A stretch of 29,035 nt of DNA from IMG/VR virus record IMGVR_UViG_3300005805_000335, positions 1 to 29,035 of that record; one strand, 5' to 3'. Below, in pieces: positions 17,106 through 24,566 of the stretch. How positions within the stretch are numbered: position 1 is the stretch's first letter; each line of letters begins with the position of its first letter. The DNA is from a virus. Taxonomy: Duplodnaviria; Caudoviricetes. The notes below the pieces were generated by a model, which was not told the DNA's origin, searched no databases, and worked only from the letters and a program-made list of their open reading frames with translations. A program made the translations under genes and the position numbers.

Positions 17106-17210
17106 ACGGGGAAGAACCCCGTGATGTCGGTTGTGCAAAACCAATCGTAAGACTTTACTGATTGGGCTTGGAACAGGGGCTGCGGTTGGGAAGCCAAAGC
17201 CCCTAATTTT
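17106..17210 (+). other. Structured intergenic element with three hairpins, the last terminator-like
   Basis: ACGGGG-AAGAA-CCCCGT; CCAATC-GTAA-GACT-TTAC-T-GATTGG; AGGGGCT..GGTT-GGGA-AGCC..AGCCCCT followed by AATTTT. Confidence 0.55.
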
Positions 17211-17227
17211 AACACAAGGAGCAAACA

Positions 17228-17431
17228 ATGCACGACAATAAACACGGCACATGCAGAACATGCAGCCGATTAAAAGAATACGAGCGCGATCAGTTGAGCT
17301 ATGAGGGCTTCTATACCATCTCAGTACAGTATGCCTACTGTGACGTGCTTGAGATAGAGCTAGATTTCCCAGATACGTTTTACTGCGCTAACTATAAGCC
17401 ATACAAAGGGGGCAAGCATGAGCAAGCGTGA
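17228..17431 (+). CDS. Small Cys-rich (putative Zn-binding) protein
   Basis: CRTC...YC...FYC; AAGGAG upstream. Confidence 0.65.
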   Translation: MHDNKHGTCRTCSRLKEYERDQLSYEGFYTISVQYAYCDVLEIELDFPDTFYCANYKPYKGGKHEQA

Positions 17432-17558
17432 CGACATCGACCTAGCACGCTTTGCCGCTGATGCTATGGTGCTGATCCTGTTCTTCGTTGCTCTTACTTG
17501 CATAGTAGCATTTGCCTGTATGCTATACTTTTTCCTTTGGCTGGTAGGTGTCGTATGA
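17418..17558 (+). CDS. Small membrane protein (46 aa, not in the ORF track)
   Basis: MSKRDDIDLARFAADAMVLILFFVALTCIVAFACMLYFFLWLVGVV; AGGGGG upstream; ATGA overlap with 17555. Confidence 0.65.
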   Translation: MSKRDDIDLARFAADAMVLILFFVALTCIVAFACMLYFFLWLVGVV

Positions 17559-17923
17559 AGCAAAGAATCGAACGTGTCAGCATTTCTGGCAGGGTCGTAG
17601 CAATACGCGCACAGGTACAGGCAGATCGAGGCGCAAAGTACCGTAAGCAGTTTATCATAAACGATGCTATTAACGAGCGTGACGCCATTGCCGCTGCAAA
17701 GGAGTATATTGCAACGGTAATAGACAAACTAAGCAACATGCCAGCGGAGCGCGAGGTGGTTAAGATCGTTGAAGACATAGTAGACAACGTAAAGCGTATG
17801 GATGCTCATAACACCAACCTACGTAATACGGTTGGCAAGGATGTGGCTGGAGTGCTGGCACGTTATCCGCTATCTACGACCGTCTTCGGATATGAGAACA
17901 CCCTGGGCGAGTGGATCAAATAA
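17555..17923 (+). CDS. Hypothetical protein (start revised to ATG 17555)
   Basis: AGGTG upstream and ATGA overlap; MKQRIERVSISG... Confidence 0.6.
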   Translation: MKQRIERVSISGRVVAIRAQVQADRGAKYRKQFIINDAINERDAIAAAKEYIATVIDKLSNMPAEREVVKIVEDIVDNVKRMDAHNTNLRNTVGKDVAGVLARYPLSTTVFGYENTLGEWIK

Positions 17924-18013
17924 AAAGAGCCGCCAGATTTTCGTCAGACGGCTCACGGAGGGAGCAAGGAGCCACGAACTCACTTACAAGGGTGAACGAA
18001 TATAGGGGATATT

Positions 18014-18214
18014 ATGAGTAACGAACAAACAGACCCAGACTTCGTTATCCACTGCATAGCGCGGTTCGATGACGAGCAGCTTGTAGAATGGCACGAACGT
18101 GCTGGTATCTACGAATACGAAGCAAACATGGACAGAGACACAGCGGAATATAAAGCCGCATTAGACATTCTATCACAAATAGCGCAGAGAATGCGCTTGA
18201 AAGGCAAACAATGA
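18014..18214 (+). CDS. Small protein with an ERAgI.Ey....R..AE..A helical motif
   Basis: 'EWHERAGIYEYEANMDRDTAEYKA', a motif recurrent near phage replication genes; function unknown. Confidence 0.65.
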   Translation: MSNEQTDPDFVIHCIARFDDEQLVEWHERAGIYEYEANMDRDTAEYKAALDILSQIAQRMRLKGKQ

Positions 18215-18558
18215 GTAGCGACGCAATCAACATTACCGGCGAGCTCATCCACATTGGACAGACGCAACAGGTGAAAGACACATTCCAGAAGCGTTCTTTT
18301 GTAGTCAAGACGCAATCGGAATATCCGCAGGAGCTGGAATGCCAGTTTACGCAGGACAAGTGCAAAGAGCTAGACCGATTCAAGGTGGGCGATACGGTTA
18401 CTGCCCGCGTAAACTTGCGTGGTCGCGGTTATCAGAAGCGCGAAGGCGGCATGGGGTGGTTTACGTCGCTAGATTGCTGGAAGCTGGACAAGCTAGGCGA
18501 AGGCGCACCGGCAAGCAAGGCAACAGTTATAGCTGAACCTACTGATCTACCGTTCTGA
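18211..18558 (+). CDS. DUF3127 family, SSB-like OB-fold protein
   Basis: 'FQKRSFVV...EYPQ...FTQDKC...FKVGD.V...NLRGR...WFTSL.CWK' with a C-terminal DLPF tail. Confidence 0.88.
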   Translation: MSSDAINITGELIHIGQTQQVKDTFQKRSFVVKTQSEYPQELECQFTQDKCKELDRFKVGDTVTARVNLRGRGYQKREGGMGWFTSLDCWKLDKLGEGAPASKATVIAEPTDLPF

Positions 18559-18560
18559 TT

Positions 18561-18860
18561 ATGAAGAGGGCAGCAAAGGTGGATATTAACCAGAAAGAGA
18601 TCGTAGCATACCTTCGCAAGATTGGGGCGTCTGTTGCTGTTATGAGCGCAGTCGGTCAGGGATTCCCCGATCTTGTCGTAGGGTGGCGCGGACGAAACTA
18701 CCTCATCGAAGTAAAGCAAGCAAAAGGCAAGCTAACGGAAGATCAGTACGAGTTCGCAGCGCATTGGAGGGGTCAGTACGGTGTGGCACGATCAATAGAC
18801 GATGCCTGCAACATTATCGGAGCAGATTTACCACGACTTAACGTATTAAAGGAGGACTAA
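18561..18860 (+). CDS. PD-(D/E)xK nuclease, VRR-NUC-like (possible Holliday junction resolvase)
   Basis: 'VDINQKEIV', 'GFPDLVVG', 'LIEVK' and 'KLTEDQ'. Confidence 0.82.
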   Translation: MKRAAKVDINQKEIVAYLRKIGASVAVMSAVGQGFPDLVVGWRGRNYLIEVKQAKGKLTEDQYEFAAHWRGQYGVARSIDDACNIIGADLPRLNVLKED

Positions 18861-18958
18861 TGGACGCAATCGACAGGGGTCTAGCAATCAGCTTAGTGCT
18901 GCTGGTGCTATATATCGGGCTTGAGATATACCTACATAACAGGAGGGTAGATGACTGA
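18860..18958 (+). CDS. Tiny membrane protein (32 aa, not in the ORF track)
   Basis: MDAIDRGLAISLVLLVLYIGLEIYLHNRRVDD; AGGAGG upstream; TAATG overlap. Confidence 0.55.
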   Translation: MDAIDRGLAISLVLLVLYIGLEIYLHNRRVDD

Positions 18959-19541
18959 ATACCCGAACTGGTTTGACTCGGTAGCACGGGCAAACTTTAC
19001 CGAGTTCCTGCTGCCAGAAGCAGGCCGCGATAACTACCAAGCATTGCAGATAGGCGCATTTGTAGGCCACGCAAGCGATTGGCTATGCAGATACGTGCTA
19101 ACGGGCGACAAATCGATCCTACACGACGTGGACACATGGCAGGGCAGCGATGAAGCGGAGCATGGTTTGTTTGACTGGGAAGATGTGTTTGATACGTACC
19201 TTGACAGAATCGGGCTGCGTGCATACATGAAAGTGCGATACTTCCGCATGACATCAGACAAATTCTTTGAGAGCTACAAAGAAATGCTAGAAATTGGCAA
19301 CCAGTTCGACTTCGTATACGTCGACGGCGATCACACCGCAGATCAGGTATGGAAGGACGGCGCAAAGGGATGGAAGTATCTCAAGCAAGGCGGCATACTA
19401 GCTTTTGATGACTACGAATGGGATGCAGGCAAAGGCCCAGCGTACAATCCAAAGCAGGGGATTGATACATTCCTAGAAGTACACGACGGCGAATACGAGC
19501 TGCTTGCAAAGAACTGGCAAGTGTGGCTGCGTAAGCTCTAA
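18951..19541 (+). CDS. Class I SAM-dependent methyltransferase (Methyltransf_24-like, non-DNA substrate)
   Basis: 'LQIGAFVG.AS', 'VDTW.GS', 'FDFVYVDGDH' and 'LKQGGILAFDDY'. Confidence 0.85.
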   Translation: MTEYPNWFDSVARANFTEFLLPEAGRDNYQALQIGAFVGHASDWLCRYVLTGDKSILHDVDTWQGSDEAEHGLFDWEDVFDTYLDRIGLRAYMKVRYFRMTSDKFFESYKEMLEIGNQFDFVYVDGDHTADQVWKDGAKGWKYLKQGGILAFDDYEWDAGKGPAYNPKQGIDTFLEVHDGEYELLAKNWQVWLRKL

Positions 19542-19613
19542 AGCGTGGATATTCTTTGCAACGAATTACTTTTTATTATGGTGAATATGCCATAATTAGC
19601 AATACCTAAAAAC

Positions 19614-20588
19614 ATGATAGACAACCAAAACAATACGACCCAGACGCTAAAAGATTTCCATGTTCGAGAGGATGTGGACGGTTATATCATGACCGAGGTA
19701 GATCAGTTAGCGTCTGGGTTTCCTATTTATACAATGGACAAATCATGGATCAAGCTCTACCGCAAGATGCAAGATCACTGGGTCTATAAAAACCCAAACT
19801 ATACCAACATCTGGCTGGCTATTTTATGGGGCACAAACTGGAAGCAATCCAAGGTTTTAGTGCATGGCAAGCTGGTAATAGTTGAGCGTGGTGAAATACT
19901 GACAAGCATCAGAACACTAGCACAGCAATCGCACACAAGCGAGAAGAGTGTACGCAACTTCCTAAAGCATGCTGAAGTTGACGGAATGATTTTGCCAAAA
20001 AAGGGCACAGCAGCGACACACTTTATCGTATTGAATTATAACGACTTACAGGAACAGCAATCGACAGAGGGGCACACGGAGGGCACAGCAAGGGCACAGC
20101 AAGGGCACTATCATAAGAAGTTAAGAAGTAAAGAAGGTAAGAATATAGAACAAACAGATAGTGTGAGTATGCGCTCTCGCGCATTCACGCCCCCAAGTTT
20201 CGAGGAAGTTGAAGCATTCTTTACCAGTCTATTCCGCCATGACCTAGCACAGCCCTATTTCGACTATTACACATCCAACGGCTGGCGTGTAGGTAAGAAC
20301 CCAATGAAGAACTGGCAATCAGCAGCACGTAACTGGATTAGAAACGAAGCCAAATACAAACAATCACAAGGATCATCAAATGCACAACCTAGACGAGGCG
20401 ACAGGGAACGGACAGATACAGAGACTTACTACGAACAGCTCGCAAACATTGCCGTTAAATCAGTCAGACAAAGATCGGGCACGGACGGAATGGTTCACAA
20501 GGTTATTGGTCAAATTGAACAATCTGCGGGGCTTGCAATTGGAGCCGAACAGAGCAGAAGCGATACTGGAGGAACTACATTACCGTGA
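19614..20588 (+). CDS. Phage replication initiator / replisome organizer
   Basis: N-terminal 'WIKLYRKMQDHW...RGEILTSIRTLA' winged helix and C-terminal 'FTPPSFEEV...FDYYTSNGWRVG..MKNWQSAARNW'; internal iterons. The true start may be the Met of MDKSWIKL. Confidence 0.85.
   Translation: MIDNQNNTTQTLKDFHVREDVDGYIMTEVDQLASGFPIYTMDKSWIKLYRKMQDHWVYKNPNYTNIWLAILWGTNWKQSKVLVHGKLVIVERGEILTSIRTLAQQSHTSEKSVRNFLKHAEVDGMILPKKGTAATHFIVLNYNDLQEQQSTEGHTEGTARAQQGHYHKKLRSKEGKNIEQTDSVSMRSRAFTPPSFEEVEAFFTSLFRHDLAQPYFDYYTSNGWRVGKNPMKNWQSAARNWIRNEAKYKQSQGSSNAQPRRGDRERTDTETYYEQLANIAVKSVRQRSGTDGMVHKVIGQIEQSAGLAIGAEQSRSDTGGTTLP
20068..20150 (+). repeat. Putative replication origin: four 11-bp-phased iterons plus an A-rich tract
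   Basis: GGGCAC cores at 20070, 20081, 20092 and 20103 (consensus AGGGCACAGCA; extra copy at 20002), followed by TAAGAAGT-like 8-mers. Confidence 0.8.
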
Positions 20589-21009
20589 GTATCCACATCA
20601 CATAAGCAAAAAAGCCGAGTTGGTACTGCTCTACAAAGACTTTACCTTCCGTGGCGCAAATGTAATTATTGACATTGCTGACTTCTACCCCGATGATGAG
20701 CAGATCAAAGCAGCAGAAGCAAAGCAAAAAGGTGGTGAGTACTTCGTAATCACAAAGCACGATCTAGAGAACATCCGAGCCGTAGCATATGACAAAGGAT
20801 TTAGACGAGGCAAAATTGAGGCTAAAATCGACCCACAGCATTTGCAGGACGTCGACCAAAGCCAAAACTATGGGTATCAGATACCGCCAACACCGTACGA
20901 ACTAGAGCAAGTGGCACTTGAAATGATAAAAGTAGAACAGAAAAAAGGTATTACGTTTGAAGGTCTGCCGTGGTTAGATAATTTCAGAAGCCGCATTACA
21001 AGCGTTTGA
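20380..21009 (+). CDS. Hypothetical protein, possible helicase loader
   Basis: Occupies the lambda-P position after the initiator, has AAGGA upstream and overlaps the initiator's non-conserved tail. Confidence 0.5.
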   Translation: MHNLDEATGNGQIQRLTTNSSQTLPLNQSDKDRARTEWFTRLLVKLNNLRGLQLEPNRAEAILEELHYREYPHHISKKAELVLLYKDFTFRGANVIIDIADFYPDDEQIKAAEAKQKGGEYFVITKHDLENIRAVAYDKGFRRGKIEAKIDPQHLQDVDQSQNYGYQIPPTPYELEQVALEMIKVEQKKGITFEGLPWLDNFRSRITSV

Positions 21010-21130
21010 AAGCCTTGAAGCGTCCAAAGTATCAAACAACGAATAAAAACGCGCCTACGGGCACGCAAACGGCCTAAAAACAGCTATTAAGAATTACTTA
21101 ACAGTTCAAAAAAAACACGGAGGGTTAAAT

Positions 21131-21697
21131 ATGGGTAAAGCAAATCAACTACACGCAGTATTTCGCATGGCAGATACCATCCTGCACTACCACCAAATAC
21201 ACAAAAAACGATTCGCTTCATGGGCAGCTACCCAACCAGACCTTTTCGGCAAGCAGTCACGACGCACAATGCAGAACTATCTCGTTGTAGCTACCTACAA
21301 AGATGATCTGCCACATGACATAACCCAAGTACATCAAGCACTTACTTACATCAAGGAGAAAAAATTGAAACCAAATACACAAAATCCAGCCGTACTTAAC
21401 CTAATCGACCAGTTCTGCAAACTCTACAACTGCACATGGGAGCAGCTATGCGCCAAAGATCGCCATGCTTGGGTCGTAGAATGCCGATACCTCCTCATGT
21501 ACTACCTACTTACACAGTACAGACTTACTAACTCTTTGATAGCACGGCTATTTAACAAAGATCACACCACAGTACTACACGGCATACGCCGTATCAAAGA
21601 TCACATGGAGACAGATGTTAACTTCCGTGAATACGTCGAACGCATGGAATCGCTGCTGGATGTTAACTTTACGGTTGAAGTGGAAGAAGTAAAATGA
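21131..21697 (+). CDS. Protein with a DnaA C-terminal (domain IV) helix-turn-helix
   Basis: 'QLCAKDR...VECRYLLMY...IARLFNKDHTTVLHGIRRI' carries the DHTTV signature. Confidence 0.82.
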   Translation: MGKANQLHAVFRMADTILHYHQIHKKRFASWAATQPDLFGKQSRRTMQNYLVVATYKDDLPHDITQVHQALTYIKEKKLKPNTQNPAVLNLIDQFCKLYNCTWEQLCAKDRHAWVVECRYLLMYYLLTQYRLTNSLIARLFNKDHTTVLHGIRRIKDHMETDVNFREYVERMESLLDVNFTVEVEEVK

Positions 21698-22980
21698 GTT
21701 ATGAGCTACACCTTGGCAACTGCCTAGACGTCATGGCTACCATGCCAGACAACAGTGTGGACGCTATCGTTACCGACCCGCCCTATGGGTTGGCGTTCAT
21801 GGGTAAGAAATGGGACTACGACGTGCCAAGCGAGGAGATCTGGCAAGAATGCCTCCGTGTGCTTAAACCGGGTGGTCACTTGTTAGCCTTTGCAGGAACA
21901 CGGACGCAACATCGTATGGCAGTCCGTATCGAGGACGCTGGATTTGAAATACGGGACATGATTGCGTGGGTGTATGGCAGCGGATTCCCCAAGTCGCACG
22001 ATATCAGCAAGGCGATTGATAAGGCAGCTGGGGTGGAACGGGAGGTGGTGGGTATTTCTTCAGTTACAGGCTATCGTCACAACATCGGAACGGAAAAATA
22101 CGGGTCGGGAGAAGGCATACCGCAGTGCATCAATATGGCAACCGCCCCCTCAACCCCCGCCGCGAAACAATGGCAAGGCTGGGGCACTGCGCTAAAGCCT
22201 GCGCTGGAGCCTATCACGGTGGCACGTAAGCCATTCACGGGGACGGTAGCGAACAACGTACTGACTTGGGGAACGGGTGGCGTGAATGTGGACGGGTGCA
22301 GGGTGTGGACGGACTGGAGCGAAAGGTCTGAGAATTGGAAAAGAAGCGGCAACCGCAATCCAGACTACGACGCGTCGGCGCAGGTATTTCCTCCGTCTAT
22401 TGGAGGAACGGGGATCAACTGCAATCCCCTCGGCCGCTTCCCCGCCAACCTTATCCACGACGGCAGTGATGAGGTGGTGGGGATGTTTCCGGAGACGAAG
22501 GGCGGCGCATTTAATAATACGGTACAACAGCCAACAAATGGCAATAGCAAAGGCAAAGAAAGAAATAGAATACGAGAAAATCGTGCCTCAGACTCCGGCT
22601 CCGCAGCCCGTTTCTTCTACTGCGCCAAAGCGTCCAAGCGAGACAGGGACGAGGGGTGCGAGATGTTTATGGTCAAAGACGTTCACCGATATGGAGCGGG
22701 CATCGGAGAGGGCATTGACCCAAACGCCCCAGCAAGGAACAAAAACCACCACCCCACCGTCAAACCCACCGATCTCATGCGCTACCTGTGCAGGCTGGTA
22801 ACACCACCGAACGGAACGGTACTAGACCCATTCATGGGCAGCGGCTCCACAGGCAAGGCTGCCATCTTGGAAGGTTTCCAGTTCATCGGCATTGACATGA
22901 CCCCAGAATATGTAGACATCGCACGTGCACGGATTGAGCACGCAGTAAAGTCAAAGCCGAATAAGCTGGATTTGGAGTAA
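21694..22980 (+). CDS. Orphan DNA N6-adenine/N4-cytosine methyltransferase (beta class)
   Basis: DPPY near the N-terminus, then HPTVKP and LDPFMGSGSTG near the C-terminus. Confidence 0.93.
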   Translation: MSYELHLGNCLDVMATMPDNSVDAIVTDPPYGLAFMGKKWDYDVPSEEIWQECLRVLKPGGHLLAFAGTRTQHRMAVRIEDAGFEIRDMIAWVYGSGFPKSHDISKAIDKAAGVEREVVGISSVTGYRHNIGTEKYGSGEGIPQCINMATAPSTPAAKQWQGWGTALKPALEPITVARKPFTGTVANNVLTWGTGGVNVDGCRVWTDWSERSENWKRSGNRNPDYDASAQVFPPSIGGTGINCNPLGRFPANLIHDGSDEVVGMFPETKGGAFNNTVQQPTNGNSKGKERNRIRENRASDSGSAARFFYCAKASKRDRDEGCEMFMVKDVHRYGAGIGEGIDPNAPARNKNHHPTVKPTDLMRYLCRLVTPPNGTVLDPFMGSGSTGKAAILEGFQFIGIDMTPEYVDIARARIEHAVKSKPNKLDLE

Positions 22981-23020
22981 GTAATGCGGTTTTTTTTCAA
23001 CTAGATTCGAGCACCGCAAA

Positions 23021-23458
23021 ATGGGACGTAAAAAGTTAGAACTTGATGAAGAGAAAATATGGGAAGCTGCAACCAAAGGGGCGACCTATGAAGCTATTGC
23101 CAGAGCACTGGGCAAGGATGCAGACGGCAAGCCGGTAGTCTCCAGCGATACCATACGCAGGCGCTACGCAGAGCTTATATCGCAGGCAAAGGCAAATGGC
23201 GATATTGAGCTTTACGCTGCCTTATGGGAAGAAGGCGTAATAGGCGTACCAGATCAGAACGGCAACAGAAAACGCAATGGTGCGGTATTGCTGCGCCTTG
23301 CAGAGCATAGACTAGGGATGTCCCAGAAGATGCACCAAACCAATGAGCGGCAAGAGTTTAACATCGTCATAGGCCCGAAACCGAATACCATACCACTAGA
23401 AGCAGATGATACAAGTAACAACACCATTGCCGGCACAGACGGCCTTCTGGAACAGTAG
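23021..23458 (+). CDS. terS: Terminase small subunit
   Basis: N-terminal HTH 'GATYEAIARALG'; directly upstream of terL. Confidence 0.7.
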   Translation: MGRKKLELDEEKIWEAATKGATYEAIARALGKDADGKPVVSSDTIRRRYAELISQAKANGDIELYAALWEEGVIGVPDQNGNRKRNGAVLLRLAEHRLGMSQKMHQTNERQEFNIVIGPKPNTIPLEADDTSNNTIAGTDGLLEQ

Positions 23459-24566
23459 AGCACGGCATCGGCTTTTCGTGGGTGGTATCGGTAGCGGCAA
23501 GACGCTAGCAGGATGCCTTGAGATACTACGGCAGCCGTCAGGGACATTTGGCACGGTCATAGCCCCTACCTATCCCATGCTGCGGGATGCTACGCTGCTC
23601 ACGTTCTTCGAGAAGTTTGGGCAGGCCGTGGAGAGCCACAACAAGAGCGAAGGCGTCACGGTGCTGCGTAATGGTACTACCGTATTCTGGAGATCGGCAG
23701 ACAAGCCGGATTCACTCCGTGGCCCTAACCTAAACTGGTTCTACCTAGATGAAGCGGATTATATGGACGGCGCTACGTGGGACGTTATGCTCGGTCGTAT
23801 CAGGCGCGATCCTACCGCCTGCTGGCTTACTACATCGCCCAATGGTGATACGAACTGGGTATATGAGCGGTTCTACCGCAAGTGGACAGAAGGCAACCCA
23901 GAGTACTTCGTAGCGCAGGCAAAGACAAGGGACAATGTCCACCTACCGCCTGAATACGTCAGGACGCTAGAAGAAACGTACACGAGCGAGTTCGCGCGGC
24001 AGGAACTGGAGGGCGAATTTATCGGGCCAATGGGACGCATCATGCGGAAGGAATGGCTGCAATACGCTCTGCTTCCAGAAGACGATATCAGCTACGTTAT
24101 CGGCGTGGACTTGGCGGTAGGCATGAAGTCCAACGCAGACGATCGCGCTATTGTGGTTGTAGGCAAGCGTGGCACGACCTATTACGTCGCTGATGTGGTA
24201 TTTGGCAAGTGGTCGTTTAACGAGACCAAAGACAAGATCAAGCAGACGGCCTACAACTGGAACGCGGTCAGGGTGTGCGTTGAGAACGTGGCATATCAAG
24301 AGGTGATGGTACAGCAGCTACGAGCCGAGACCATGCTCAACATTCAGGGCGTGAATCCACGCGGACGCAATAAGCTGACGCGATTCCTACCTATTGCGGG
24401 CAAGTACGAGCACGGCTACATCAAACATGTTAATAACGTGCCTTTGGAATTTACAGAGCAGCTGCTTATGTTCGACGGCAAAGATGGGAAACCCGACGAT
24501 ATGGTTGATGCTCTCATCTACGCAGTAAACGGACACGAATCTAACACTTACGTTTACGAGATATAG
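23406..24566 (+). CDS. terL: Terminase large subunit
   Basis: Walker A GGIGSGKT, Walker B 'LRGPNLNWFYLDEA', TTSP coupling motif, nuclease residues GVDLA and DDMVDA. Confidence 0.95.
   Translation: MIQVTTPLPAQTAFWNSRARHRLFVGGIGSGKTLAGCLEILRQPSGTFGTVIAPTYPMLRDATLLTFFEKFGQAVESHNKSEGVTVLRNGTTVFWRSADKPDSLRGPNLNWFYLDEADYMDGATWDVMLGRIRRDPTACWLTTSPNGDTNWVYERFYRKWTEGNPEYFVAQAKTRDNVHLPPEYVRTLEETYTSEFARQELEGEFIGPMGRIMRKEWLQYALLPEDDISYVIGVDLAVGMKSNADDRAIVVVGKRGTTYYVADVVFGKWSFNETKDKIKQTAYNWNAVRVCVENVAYQEVMVQQLRAETMLNIQGVNPRGRNKLTRFLPIAGKYEHGYIKHVNNVPLEFTEQLLMFDGKDGKPDDMVDALIYAVNGHESNTYVYEI

Noticed and set aside
17106-17210. Possible tRNA
   Set aside because: No acceptor stem, TTCG T-loop or cloverleaf spacing.
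20068-20112. Short direct repeats as a possible CRISPR array
   Set aside because: Tandem 11-bp units without spacers inside a gene; they fit iterons instead.
20952-20959. Other TAnnTTTG matches (also near 5408 and 27825)
   Set aside because: Inside coding regions; the 20952 copy has no properly spaced -33 TTG, and several chance hits are expected in 29 kb.
22286-22801. 171 aa alternative-frame ORF inside the DNA methyltransferase
   Set aside because: Explained by locally higher GC in the variable region; no SD or motif.
18561-22980. Nuclease plus DNA methyltransferase as a restriction-modification pair
   Set aside because: The genes are not adjacent, and the nuclease is a small VRR-NUC-type recombination enzyme.
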